Shown piece by piece: positions 30,201 through 42,206 of a stretch of 64,000 nt of DNA. This DNA comes from Dictyostelium discoideum (lineage: Eukaryota). The position numbers were made by a program, and so were the translations under genes. The stretch lies in contig CM000152.2 in the NCBI GenBank assembly GCA_000004695.1, positions 2,176,001 through 2,240,000 on the forward strand, in the 5' to 3' direction. Position 1 is the first letter of the stretch. The number at the start of each line of letters is the position of its first letter. Below the pieces are notes generated by a model. It ran no database searches, was not told the origin of the DNA, and saw only the letters and a program-made list of their open reading frames with translations.

Positions 30201-30383
30201 TCTGTTAGAACTGATAACTATAAAGCTCCACAACCACAATCCTTTGTACCTTCTCAAGCCGCTAAAAATCAAACTAGATTCAATCTCTATCGTTTACAAG
30301 GTTTCCCACTTTTAAATAATCAACAAAGACAACATATGGAACTTTATTCACATATAAGATCACATTTAGATTCAACTTTATAA
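27236..30383 (+). CDS. mS35-like protein exon 2 (total ~1235 aa; ~800 aa acidic insert; C-terminal MRP-S35 homology)
   Basis: Acceptor ...TATATATAG at 27234-5 restores the frame. The C-terminal block AVLKVNISAFNLSKTVQDRLAQLTANRYDPQKKVLTLVANNHKTLPENKYEVKRLFKELLHEAS aligns with human MRPS35 [61 protein letters not shown]. Confidence 0.7.
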
Positions 30384-30499
30384 AATATAAAAAAAAAAAA
30401 AATTAATAAAATAAAAAAAAAAAATAAGTAATAATAATAAATAATAAATAATAATAATAATGGTAATAAATAATTAAATATAATTATACTAAAAAAAAA

Positions 30500-30536
<37 letters not shown>

Positions 30537-30681
30537 AATAAATAAATATAAACATTAATTTAAATATATAAATATTATTTTAAACTTTTTTAAACATTTT
30601 TATTTTTTATTTTTTATTTTTTTTCGAATTTATACAAGTAATAATAATTGAGTAATATATATAATATTTATTTTAATATAA

Positions 30682-32042
30682 TTATCTTTGATTTGGAGTT
30701 GATTGTTGTGGTGGAGTATTTTGTGGTAAATAAGGAACTTGATGAGATGTTGAAGAATTTGGAGAGATATTATTATTATTATTAAGATTATTATTTGGTG
30801 AAGATGGATTATTATTATTATTATTGTTAATATTGTTATTATTATTATTATTATTTAATGGTTTATTTGGACTATTATTACCAGAATTACTTGTTAAAGA
30901 AGATTGAGGAGAAGGGATTGGAGTACCTAATAGATTACCTTGAATATTTTGTCTAAAGGTAGAATTCTTTGAAGCGGCTTCAGCAATAGCACTCATAATC
31001 ATTGGATTTTGTAAATTCATACCAGCAGGAAGTATTCCTTGTGGTAATGGTGAATTTAAACCTGGTGGTAATATACTATTTAAAAATTGATCAGCAACAC
31101 CTGATGGTGAGTTTGTACCATTACTACCACCTTTAGGGAAAGAGAAGGATACGGCTTGGGTAACGAAATTTCTAAGATATAAAAGTTGTTCACGAATTAA
31201 TTTATTCTCAGAGTTTAATAATTCGACACGTGCTCTAAATTCACTATTTGTACCAGTTAAATCTGAAACCTTTTTTTCAAGATCTTGAATGTAGGCTTTT
31301 TGTCTTTGTCTAAATAATTGAGCAGCTTCTCTATTTTTAACTAATCTTCTTTGTCTTTTTTGATGTCTTTCTTCATCCATATTAAAGCCACCATCAGTTG
31401 TTGGAATTAAAGTTGTACCACCATTTTCACCTTTTACAGGTGTTGAACTTATAAATTTTCTCTTTTTAATAGATTTATCTTCTTCTTTTTTCTTTCCATT
31501 ATTTGAACCATTTAATTGATTATTTTGATTATTTATATTATTATTTAAATTATTAATTTGTGTACTAATATTATTTGAATTATTATTATTATTATTTGGA
31601 TTTGAATTTGAATTTGAATTATTATTATTTAATGAAATATTATTGTTTTGATTGCTATGTGGTGGAATTGGAATTAATTGATTTGGTTGAATTGGTTGTT
31701 TAAAATTAATATTTTTATTATTGTTATTGTTATTGTTGTTGTTGTTGTTGTTGTTGTTTGCATTGTTAGTTGATGGAACATTTAACATTGTTTGTGAAGA
31801 CACACCAAAAGGTACATCAAATATTGATTCAGGCACTATATTATAATGGTTTTGTTTAATTGGTTCATTCATATATTCAACTTTTTTATTTGGTTCTTGA
31901 TTTGGAACAATACCATTTGATGAATAAATTTCTTCCATTGGATTTTTAATTTGATAAAATTGGTTATTATTATTATTATTATGTGGTTGACCATGTGGCA
32001 AATGATGTTGTTGTTGTTGTTGTTGAGCATGATTTAAATTTA

Positions 32043-32091
<49 letters not shown>

Positions 32092-32339
32092 TACATTATC
32101 ATGATAACTATTATTTAATTCGTTCTCCTTTTCAGGTTGTAAATAAATCGAAAATAGTTGTTCTTCTTGTTGGCTACCATTGGAATTATGATTTATATAA
32201 ACTTGAGATTGTGCATTATTATGTTGAATATTATTATGATTTTGATTATTATTGTTATTATTATGATTTTGATTATTATTATTACTATTATTATTATTAT
32301 TACTACTACTACTATTATTATTATTATTACTACTACTAC

Positions 32340-32391
<52 letters not shown>

Positions 32392-32577
32392 AATTAAACC
32401 ATTTGATTGTTTATTTTGTTGTTGAATTTGTTGTTGTTGTTGTTGGAAATTATTAAAAACATTTGCATTCTTTTTAAATTTATTTGGGCTATCGGGAACG
32501 ATACTTGATGCAAAATCGATACCAAGATCTTGAGTTTGGAATAAGTTGTAAATGGAGTCACCTTCAATAAGACTCAT
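30682..32577 (-). CDS. bZIP transcription factor (631 aa; N/Q-rich, C-terminal bZIP)
   Basis: Basic region plus leucine zipper: ERHQKRQRRLVKNREAAQLFRQRQKAYIQDLEKKVSDLTGTNSEFRARVELLNSENKLIREQLLYL. Confidence 0.8.
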
Positions 32578-35500
32578 TTTTTCAATTGGAAATTATTATT
32601 ATTATTATTAATAATTAAATAGATTAGATACCAATCGTTTATTAATATTATTATTGTTGTTGTTATTGTTGGTGATATTATTATTTTATTTGTAGATTTT
32701 TATTAATAAATATTAATTATACGTAATACTATTTATTTTGATTGAATTTATTATTATTATTATTATAAACGTTTTAGTTTTTAGTAAATTCTTTTTTTTA
32801 ATTTTTTGAATTTGTTTGGATACAATCGTTTCAATAAAAGAGAAAAAGAATAAATTATAAAGTGTAAATTTTAAAATATTTGGTGGCAAGTGTTTCTAAT
32901 TGAATTTAAGAATTTTATGAATAATGAAAAAAATATATTAATATTTACTATTTTATTTTATTTATTTATTTATTATTTAATTATTTAATTATTATTATTT
33001 TTTTATTATTTTTTTTTTTTTTTTTTATTTTTTTTATTTTTTTTTTATTACTATTATTATTATTTTAAGGGTATAACAACAAAGTAAAAACAATATAATA
33101 TTTGAAATTATTTGTATTATTATTATTATTATTATTACTATTAAAAGTCTTTAAAAACAATTTTTAAATTTACTATTACTACTCTATTATTATTTTGAAT
33201 TTTAAATAATGAGATTCAGAACAAAATGGGTAGTGAATAGAAAAAAATTTTAAATTTTTAAATATATATTGGATATATATTATTTATAAAAAAAAAAAAA
33301 TTACAAATATTAAAATTTTTAAAAAATAAATAAAATATTATTTTATCTAAAAGTAATAAAAATTCAATCTATATGACTAATTATTTGTAATGGTTTTCCA
33401 AATTTTCATACCAAAAGTAATAGATAATGTTGTTTTTTTTTTTTTTTTTATTAATGCATTGAAAAAAAAAAAAAAATTAAATAATTAAATAAATAAATAA
33501 ATAAATAAATTATTATAAAAATAATAAAAATAATAATAATAAAATTAAGTTGCAGTTAAAAGAAATATTATTTTATAAATTTAACAAAAATAAAGTGCAA
33601 TGAATAAAATAGGTTTTAAAAAATTTTTTAATATTATAAAAAAAAATAAAATGATAATAATAAAATAATAAAAATAAACAGTTTGTTTTGAAAATAGTAT
33701 TACTACCTTTGAATTTTTGTTTTTGTTTTTCTTTTTCTTTTTTTTTTTTTTTCTAAAAGTTATTATTATTTTAATTGAGGTTATTTATTTTTTATTATTA
33801 TTATTAATGCTTAATATTGGTAAATTTGATTTTTGAAATAATATTGAAAAAATAAAAAAAAAAATATAATAAAATTTATTTTTATTTTATTTGCAATCAC
33901 AATTGTTGATGATTATTTGTAATTTTAAAAAAAAAAATTGATTTTTTGTTTGTGTTTTTGATGTTGGGAAAAAAACAAATTAAATAAAATAAAATAATTT
34001 AAATAAATAAATAATTAAATAATTTTTAAATAAAAATAATTAAAAATTATCAAGTTAAAAAAAAAAAACGGAATTAATAAAAGATTTTTTATCAATGAAT
34101 GAATTATTATGGAGGTGTATAAAAAATATTTGATTATATTATTTTCTTTTATAATTTTATTGAAAGTGGAAAAAAAAAAAAAAACAAAAAAAAAAAAATT
34201 ATTATTATGGTGTGTGGTTTATAAAAAATAATTATAATTATAATTTTATTTTAAATAAATAATTAAAATTATTATTTGTTTTAAAATTGGGTGTGGAACA
34301 CATGTATATGTGGTAAGTATATATAAATATTTATTGTGGTGTTATATATTGTGTATGTGTGTGTTTGGGTGTGTGTGTGTATGTGTGAGTCCAACCTTTC
34401 ATTGTGACATTGTTGACTAGATTAAAATGTGGTGATGTTTTGGTGTATTTGTGGTTGTTTTTAAAGAAGGGGTGTGTATATGATTGATCTGCGACAATTT
34501 CTATTTCATTTTTTTATTTGATAATAAAACAATAACAATATTTCTCAAACCAAAAAAGAAATTTAAAAAAAAAAAAAAAAAATGACACACCACCACACAT
34601 AATTTTAATGATTTTTTAAAATAACAAAAGTTTAATATATAATTGGGTATGGGTGATGATATAAAGTTAAATATCATTCTACATGCATGTATTTTGAGAA
34701 CGATAGATTAAAAAACCAAAAACCCACATTAGAATTGAGTTTAAATGGGGGGATGGGATTATTATAAAAAATAATGAAATAAATTAGGATAAAATTAGAA
34801 TTTTAAAAAAAAAAAAAAAAAAACTAAACATAAATATTACCACCAACACCACCCCCCATTCATATATTATAGATAAAAATAACAATGACAGGAAAATTTT
34901 AAAAACATACCAACACACACACACATATAAACCACACATTTTATTTTTTTATTTTATTTTATTTTTAATTTTTTTTTTTTTTTTTAAAAAAAATATTTTA
35001 ATATGGAAATAGATAAAAAGACATTTGTCGTGTGATATTATAATTATCACTTACCTTTTTAATGTATTTTAAAAAGAAAGTGATAACAATAAAATAAATA
35101 ACTATTCCAATAAGGAAAATAAAAAATATAGAAAATAGAAGAGAAATAAAATAAAACAAAATAAAAAACTATTTATGTTGCAATATATGATAATTCTTCT
35201 TTATTTCCTTTCTATTATTTCATTTTTTACCGTTAAAAAATGTGAACCCAATTTTTTATATAGGAGTAAATACAAAAAAGAAATAAAAATGATATAAACA
35301 AAGTTGATGAAAAGTTGTAAAAGATGAAAATAAACTAAAAAAAAATGAAAAACAATATTTTAAATAATTTAAAAATTTAATATTAACTAAAAATATATAT
35401 ATATATATAATACTAACTATTAATTGTAAAATTATTATAATTTCTAAAATTCTTTTAATTATACTTTACAGATTATTTTCAATGATTTAATTTTTTATTT

Positions 35501-35771
35501 TTTTTTTTTTGGAAAAAATTAATTTTTATGATTATTTATTTAATTTATTTAATTATTTTTTTATATTTATTATTTATTATTTTTTATTTTAAACAATTTA
35601 TTTTTACTTTATTTTTTTTTTTCTTTCTTCTTTTTTTATTTTTATTTATTTAATATAAAGAAAAATATTATTAGTTAATTAAAAACTAAAGTAAAGAGAA
35701 AAAAAGAAAAAGAAAAAGAAAAAAAAAATTTTTTAATCTATTAACTATAGTTTACAAGGTGTTTAAAAAAT

Positions 35772-35811
<40 letters not shown>

Positions 35812-36351
35812 AACCCTCTCTTGATTTTCTTTTTTCTCCCATTTTATCGGAGTGTGGTGGTTTTTACTTTTAATATTTTCATTTTGATTTTTAAAAACCA
35901 ATATTGATATGGAATCGATTTTTTAAAATTTTGTTTTTACTATATCAATACATAATAAAAATATATTTTTTTTAATTTTTTTTAATTTTTTTTTTTTTTT
36001 TCTAAACACACCTTTTTTTTTTTTTTTTTTTTTTTTTTTATTTTCCAAACACATTTTTTTTCTTTTTTTTGTTTTTATTGGGCCGACTTAATTTTTCCAA
36101 AAAAAAAAAAAAAAAAATAAAAATAAAAATTAAATTTAATTTTATTTAATTTAATATGAGACACTTTATTTTAATTCTCTCCCCAAACCATAGATATAAA
36201 AAACCATTACCAAATTTATTCTTAAAAAACTTAATTTAATCTTTATTTTTTATATTATTTTTTTTTTTTTCCCATTTTTTTTTTTTTTTTTTTCTTCCCA
36301 TTATTTTAAATTTTTTTTTTTTATTTTTTTTTTTAAATCCTTAACAAAAAC

Positions 36352-36382
<31 letters not shown>

Positions 36383-36554
36383 AATCCAAACAAAAAAAAA
36401 AAAAAAATAATATCCCAAATAAACAAATAAAATTTTTTTTAACTACCACATATCCAATAAACACTAACAACTAAAAACAAAAAAAAAAAACTAATAATAA
36501 TAATAAAAACAAAAAAATAAAAAATAAAAAAAATATAAAAAGAAAAAAGGAATA

Positions 36555-36897
36555 ATGTCCTCTATTATATTTATTCCAAATGATGCTGATAATATAAATT
36601 CAATAATGGTAACAATTTCATCATCATTATCATTAGTAGGATGTTTATTCATTCTTTCTATTTATATTTATTATAAAGAGTTAAGGGAATTTCAACTTAA
36701 ATTAATTTTTATAATGACAATAAATGATTTTATAATTTCAATAATATTTTTAATAGCAACACATATCCAAACAAAATATTTTGACGCCATAACAAATGTT
36801 TTCCCCTTCTTTTGTAATTTCCCCGATTCATTATTACATTATTTTTTTTTATCTTCATTTTTTTGGGAAGTTTGTATTGCTCATACATTAATTCAAG
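36555..36897 (+). CDS. 7TM receptor-like protein (cAMP receptor / Crl-type GPCR candidate), exon 1 (TM1-TM3)
   Basis: Short N-terminus, then helices IMVTISSSLSLVGCLFILSIYIYY, LIFIMTINDFIISIIFLIAT and SSFFWEVCIAHTLIQ. GTAAAT donor at 36898 (phase 1). Confidence 0.6.
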
Positions 36898-37031
36898 GTA
36901 AATTAAAGTTAACTTTTTTTTTTTTTTAAAAAAAATAAAAAAAAAAAAAATCAAATACTAATTTTAAATTTAAAATATATTATTATTATTGTTATTATTA
37001 TTGTTATTATTATTATTATTATTATTTTTAG

Positions 37032-37483
37032 TTATAAAATATAATAATGATAAAGTTGAAGATAATTTAAAGAAATATTTTATATTTTCAAATGGACTTT
37101 CAGCATTAATAATGGTATCATTATTTTTTATAAGAAGTTATAGTAAAATCGATTGTCATCATGATTCAATCTTTCCCCATCTTTTATTCTTTATACCATT
37201 ATTGTTAACTTGGATTTACAATATTATAGTTTGTGCATTATTAACCAAAACATTTAAAGAACAAGCAATGAATTTTGGCTACTCTTTAGGTATTAATGGT
37301 GGTAGTGGTAGTTATATAAACTTTACTAATAACAATAGTATTGATAATTACTCAAATATAATCATTAAAAATGATTTAATAATAAATAATAATAATAATA
37401 TCAATGTCAATAATAATAATAATAATATAAATATATTATTTCATGTCAATGTCAATAATAATAATAACAAAATAATAATAGTT
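37032..37483 (+). CDS. 7TM receptor-like protein, middle coding segment (TM4-TM5); 3' boundary unresolved
   Basis: Acceptor ...TATTTTTAG at 37030-1 restores the frame: VIKYNNDKVED...FIFSNGLSALIMVSLFFIRSY...LFFIPLLLTWIYNIIVCALL. Only phase-0 donors fit the downstream exon (GTCAAT at 37406/37445/37451 or GTTTAA at 37481), and all are non-canonical. Confidence 0.4.
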
Positions 37484-37563
37484 TAAATTTAATAATAGTA
37501 TTAATAATATAAACATTAATAGTATCAAAATAATGGTAGTAGTAGTGTTAAAATAATTCAAAG

Positions 37564-38173
37564 AAAAGAATTAGAAAAACACCAAATATAATATGGACAT
37601 CAATTTTCTTTTTATTTTCATTTGGATTCATTTGGTCATGGTCAATATTGGTGATAATATTGAAATATTTATCATTGGATGTAAAGTATATTCTAATGAT
37701 ATCCTATTTCTTTATTCCATTACATGGTTGTATGAATGCAGTTTGTTTTGGTGTAAATGATAGACTTAGAATGAATCTCAAGAAAAGTTGTAAAAATTAT
37801 TATTATAAATTTTTAGGTTTATTTAGTTTAGATAAAAGGAAATCATATGGTATAAATGGAAATAATAAAAATAATAAAAATAATAATGGGGCTAATTGTG
37901 AAGAAAGAAGTTTAATTGATTATTCTCCTGATGATGATGATGATGAAGATGATGATAATAATAATAATAATTATAGCGATGGAAATTATTATCAAATTCC
38001 TTCACCTTTTTTAATTGATAGTAGAAATTCTTCAAATTTAACAGATTATTCTGTAATTTTAGATAATAACAATAATAACAATAATAATGGTCCTTATAAT
38101 CCAACAAGATCTAACTCCATTACTGAATTACTTTATAATAATATAAATAGTTTAAATGCAATTAGAATTTTAA

Positions 38174-38242
<69 letters not shown>

Positions 38243-38319
38243 TCAATAATAATGATAACAATAATAATAATAATAATAATAATAGTTTTTGTACAATAGA
38301 TGAAGATGAAACCAAATAA
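37564..38319 (+). CDS. 7TM receptor-like protein, last exon (TM6-TM7 plus an N/D-rich cytoplasmic tail)
   Basis: The frame is open from 37552. Acceptor AG at 37562-3. KTPNIIWTSIFFLFSFGFIWSWSILVIILKYL and YILMISYFFIPLHGCMNAVCFG complete seven helices. Confidence 0.5.
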
Positions 38320-38565
38320 ATTTAATTAGTTGTAAATAAAATAAAAAATTTTTTATTTCATAGTTTAACTATTTTTATTTTGTTTTTATTTTTATTTTTG
38401 TTTTTATTTTTATTTTTTTTTATTTTTTTTTATTTTTTTTTTTTTGGCACGAGAAAAAACGAACGATTTTTTTTTTTTTTTAATTTTTTTTTTTTTTTTT
38501 TTTTTCATTAATTGGTTTTATTTTATTTTATTTTTTTTTCTTTTTTTGGATTGATCAAATAGAGA

Positions 38566-38788
38566 ATGGATAGAGTCAATTTTAGTATTGATCAATTATT
38601 AGAGGAAACCTCTAAATTGGTTTCATTAGGTATCATTAGTAAACAAGAATGTAAAGATATTATGAAAAAAAGAGAATATCATGAAATTAAAATTTTTAAT
38701 AGAAATTCTCATAAATCTGATTTCTTGACATACATCAAATATGAATTAGAATTAGATAGATTATTTCATAAAAGGGGTAAAGCTAAAA
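38566..38788 (+). CDS. utp6: UTP6 (U3 snoRNP / SSU processome HAT-repeat protein) exon 1
   Basis: MDRVNFSIDQLLEETSKLVSLGIISKQECKDIMKKREYHEIKIFNRNSHKSDFLTYIKYELELDRLFHKR aligns with the human UTP6 N-terminus. GTAAGT donor at 38789. Confidence 0.75.
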
Positions 38789-38927
38789 GTAAGTTTTCTT
38801 TTTATTTTATTCAACTTTAATAATATTAATTTTTTAAAGTTTGTATATGTTTTTTTTTTTAATATTAATATTCTAACAATTTTTATTTTATTTATTATTA
38901 TTATTTATTATTATTATTATTTTAAAG

Positions 38928-39298
38928 ATATCGAGTTTGATTATCGTTTAAGATCAGCATTAAGACATGCAATTATATTATTTGGTAGTGCAACAAAGAA
39001 ATTCCCAAAAGATGAAGCATTATGGATTAATGCATTAAATATTAGAATGAAGAGAGCAAGTAAAGAAGGTACAGGTAGATTATTTTCAATTGCACTTTCA
39101 AATTTACCAAGATCAGCAAAACTTTGGAAATTAGCAGCAACATTTGAATTTGAAGTTAATAAAAATATTCAAAATGCTAGAAATTTAATTCAAGCTGGTA
39201 TTCAATTTAATAAAACTGATAAATCATTATGGCATTATTTCTTTTTAATGGAATTAACTTATATTTCATTATTATTTAGTGATATTACTTTTATTGAT
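38928..39298 (+). CDS. utp6: UTP6 exon 2
   Basis: Acceptor ...TTTTAAAG at 38926-7; GTAAGT donor at 39299. HAT/TPR-like repeats (...KDEALWINALNIRMKRASKEG...SAKLWKLAATFEF...). Confidence 0.75.
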
Positions 39299-39361
39299 GT
39301 AAGTTTTTTTTTAAAAATAATGATAAAATAAAATAAAATAATTAATTTTAAAATTTAAAAG

Positions 39362-39811
39362 AAAAAAATTGAAGAAGAAGAAGAAGAAGCAATTAAATTA
39401 AATTTAGATAGTTTAAGAAAATCAGAAAAGATTGAGAAGGATGAATTCATTACATTTGGTAAAGAAATTTTAAGTGCAGATAAATTAAAACAATCATCAT
39501 TAATTAGAGGTCAAATCGCTCAAATCGTTTTTAGAAAAGCAATAAAGAGTAGTATTGGTCAAGATTTTGATTTTAGAAAACATTTTTATAAGATTGCCTC
39601 TAAATTTTTAGATATTGGAAAAGACTCTGAAAATCCAATGGGTGCTGGTGAATTACTTCAAAAAGAAATTTTGGAATCTTTAGTTACTGATTTCCCAAAT
39701 GATGATAAAACTTATATCTTTTTAGCTTCAATTGAACAATCAAAATCTTCTGAACCATCTTTATTAAAAAGATTAAATAATTCAACTAAAATTCTTAATC
39801 AAGGTTTAACT
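39362..39811 (+). CDS. utp6: UTP6 exon 3
   Basis: Acceptor ...TTTAAAAG at 39360-1 (phase 0); GTAATG donor at 39812. Confidence 0.65.
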
Positions 39812-39870
39812 GTAATGTATTATAAATTTATAATATATAACGAATTAAATTATTTCTAATACATATATAT

Positions 39871-39872
39871 AT

Positions 39873-39926
<54 letters not shown>
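39871..39926. repeat. (ATTT)n tetramer microsatellite in UTP6 intron 3
   Basis: atttatttattt... ending at the TATAG acceptor. Confidence 0.9.
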
Positions 39927-39927
<1 letters not shown>

Positions 39928-39930
39928 TAG

Positions 39931-40565
39931 ATTATTAAAAGTGAAAGTTATTTATTTAATTATATTCATTTTATTAGACAAATTATAGTTGATATTAAAT
40001 TAAAAGAAAATAAATTAATTGAAAATATTACAGATATTTTATTGAAAGCTTATAAATATTCAATTGATAATAATATATTAAAGGAAAGTGGTTATCAATA
40101 TTATATTGAATTATTATTAGAATTAGGTAAAACCAATGATGCAATTAAAGTTTCAGAAGAATCTGTTAAATTATTTAAAAATTCAAATCAACTTTGGAAT
40201 CAAAGAATTAATTTATTAATTAAAAATGAAATGGTTGTTAAATTATTTGATAATTTATCAAATAATAATGAATATAATAATATTGATAAATGTTTTGAAA
40301 TGGCAGTTAAGAATTGTACTTCTTCAACAACATCAACAACATCATCAACATCAACATCATCATCATCAAATTTATTCATTGAATACTTTAAATATCAAGT
40401 TGTTTTCAAATTTGATAAAGATTATAAAAAGATTGTAGATTTATTTGAAAAATTATTAAAACAATTAGATGGTAATGTTAAAGTTCAAAATACTCTTAAA
40501 AATTTCCTTTTAGATTATACATTTTTAAATTTACCAAAAGATAAATTAAAACAAATTTATCAATT
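39931..40565 (+). CDS. utp6: UTP6 exon 4
   Basis: Intron 3 contains (ATTT)n with acceptor ...TTTATAG at 39929-30. GTAAGT donor at 40566 (phase 2). Confidence 0.7.
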
Positions 40566-40669
40566 GTAAGTAATTAATTTAATTTATAATAATAATAATA
40601 ATAAACCAAAAATCCAAATATTAACATTTAAGTATTTATTTATTTATTTATTTATTTTTTGGCAATTAG

Positions 40670-40943
40670 ATGTTTTAATTATTTACCAATTTCCAAAGAA
40701 TTTTACCAAAAATGCATTTTATATGAAGAAGAAAGAATTGAAAAGAATATAAATGATATTAGATCATTGTATGAAAAATGTTTATCAATCAAAGAAATCT
40801 CATCAAAAGATGTTGATGTTTGGTTAAATTATAGAAATTTCGAATTAAAATCAGCTGGTGATATTGAAAGAGCAAATACAATTGCGACAAGAGGAAAGAA
40901 ATCCCTTGCTGATCCATTACCACTTCTCTCTCAATTACAATAA
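40670..40943 (+). CDS. utp6: UTP6 exon 5 (C-terminal HAT repeat)
   Basis: Acceptor ...GGCAATTAG at 40668-9. ...VDVWLNYRNFELKSAGDIERANTIATRGKKSL resembles the UTP6 C-terminus (WMDYMKEE...YWRAMKML). Confidence 0.7.
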
Positions 40944-41026
40944 TCTTTTTCTAAACAAAGAAAAAAAAAACAAAAAAAAAAAACAAAAAAAAAAAAAAAA
41001 AAAAAGGAAGATAAATTATATAAATA

Positions 41027-41057
<31 letters not shown>

Positions 41058-41132
41058 AAATTCATCATTATTTTTTTAAATTATTTCTATTTACAAAAGG
41101 GGGGGGGGGGGGGAGAGGTAAGAATTTTATTA

Positions 41133-41270
41133 TTATGAATCGAGTGACACAGAAAGATCAACTATTTTTTTAATATTTTCTATTTTTGTATTAATTTGGT
41201 CAACTAAAACTGTTTTTTGTTTCTCTAAATCTGTTTCTTGTCTTTTTATCTTTTTATTTTCATTTAATAG
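41133..41270 (-). CDS. Same gene, exon 3 (coiled coil; stop TAA at 41133-5)
   Basis: Acceptor ...TATATATAG at 41271-2. Frame LLNENKKIKRQETDLEKQKTVLVDQINTKIENIKKIVDLSVSLDS. Confidence 0.45.
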   Translation of the reverse strand, partial: LLNENKKIKRQETDLEKQKTVLVDQINTKIENIKKIVDLSVSLDS

Positions 41271-41364
41271 CTATATATAGTTATAATTATTATTATTGTT
41301 ATTATTATTTTGGTTAATGTTAGTAACAAAAAATAATAAAAAGTAAAAATTAATAAGTAATTAC

Positions 41365-41568
41365 ATTTTGATAGATTTTTAATAATCTTTCCCTTTCAGT
41401 CATCTTTAAATCTATGATTTGTGACATTATTTGTTCTTCAGGATTAATTATACTTGATGGAGGTGCTCTTTTATCGTTGAGAATGGTTGGTTGTTCACGA
41501 AGTAATCTTTCTAATTCACTTAATCTAATTGAAATTTGTCTTTCTTGACATATTAATTGAAAATCACT
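41365..41568 (-). CDS. Same gene, exon 2
   Basis: Intron 1 contains (TA)n with acceptor ...TTTGTATAG at 41569-70. Frame SDFQLICQERQISIRLSELERLLREQPTILNDKRAPPSSIINPEEQIMSQIIDLKMTERERLLKIYQN. GTAATT donor at 41364. Confidence 0.5.
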
Positions 41569-41617
41569 CTATACAAATATATATGTATATATTAAAATTA
41601 AATAAAGTATTGTTAGT

Positions 41618-41661
<44 letters not shown>

Positions 41662-41698
41662 ATAAAAATAAAAATTATAATGATGTAAAATATATTAC

Positions 41699-42002
41699 CT
41701 TTATTCTTTCTGATAAAGTTTGAAATACATTTGTATAAAGATAAGATAAAAATGATTTTGTATTTAAGTTATTATTATTTAAAGATGAGTAACAATCATA
41801 GAATTTCTGAAACGGTAATTCTGATAATGATTTATCTATTACTAAATCGTGAAACATTCTTAATTTTATCATTCTAATTCCTTCTATCTCTCCTGAAATA
41901 CATTTTAAAATGTCACTCTCACCAATTTCCAAATTTAATATACCTTTATCATAATCTACATTTAGTGTTGTGGTTTTTTCTATTGTATTATTACTTGTTT
42001 TG

Positions 42003-42042
<40 letters not shown>

Positions 42043-42055
42043 TATTATTATTCAT
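41699..42055 (-). CDS. Hypothetical coiled-coil protein, exon 1 (poly-N N-terminus)
   Basis: ORF MNNNN...EIGESDILKCISGEIEGIRMIKLRMFHDLVIDKSLSELPFQKFYDCYSSL...SERIK. GTAATA donor at 41698 (phase 0). Confidence 0.55.
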
Positions 42056-42120
42056 TGTTTTTTCTATTTCTTGTTTGTTTTTTTTTTTAGTTTTTGTTTT
42101 TTTTTTTTTTTTTTTTTAAT

Positions 42121-42206
42121 ACTTAGGCGCCTAAATTTTTTTTTTTTTTTTTTTTTGAATGAAACCTAATTATTTTTTTTATTTTTTAACATTTAGGCGC
42201 CTAAAA
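42121..42206. promoter_or_regulatory. Two copies of the GC palindrome TTAGGCGCCTAAA, 70 bp apart, in the AT-rich region 5' of the coiled-coil gene (ATG at 42055, minus strand)
   Basis: 42122-42135 cttaggcgcctaaa and 42192-42205 tttaggcgcctaaa; each is a perfect 12-14 bp palindrome. Both lie ~65-150 bp upstream of the minus-strand start codon and are flanked by T tracts. Confidence 0.4.
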
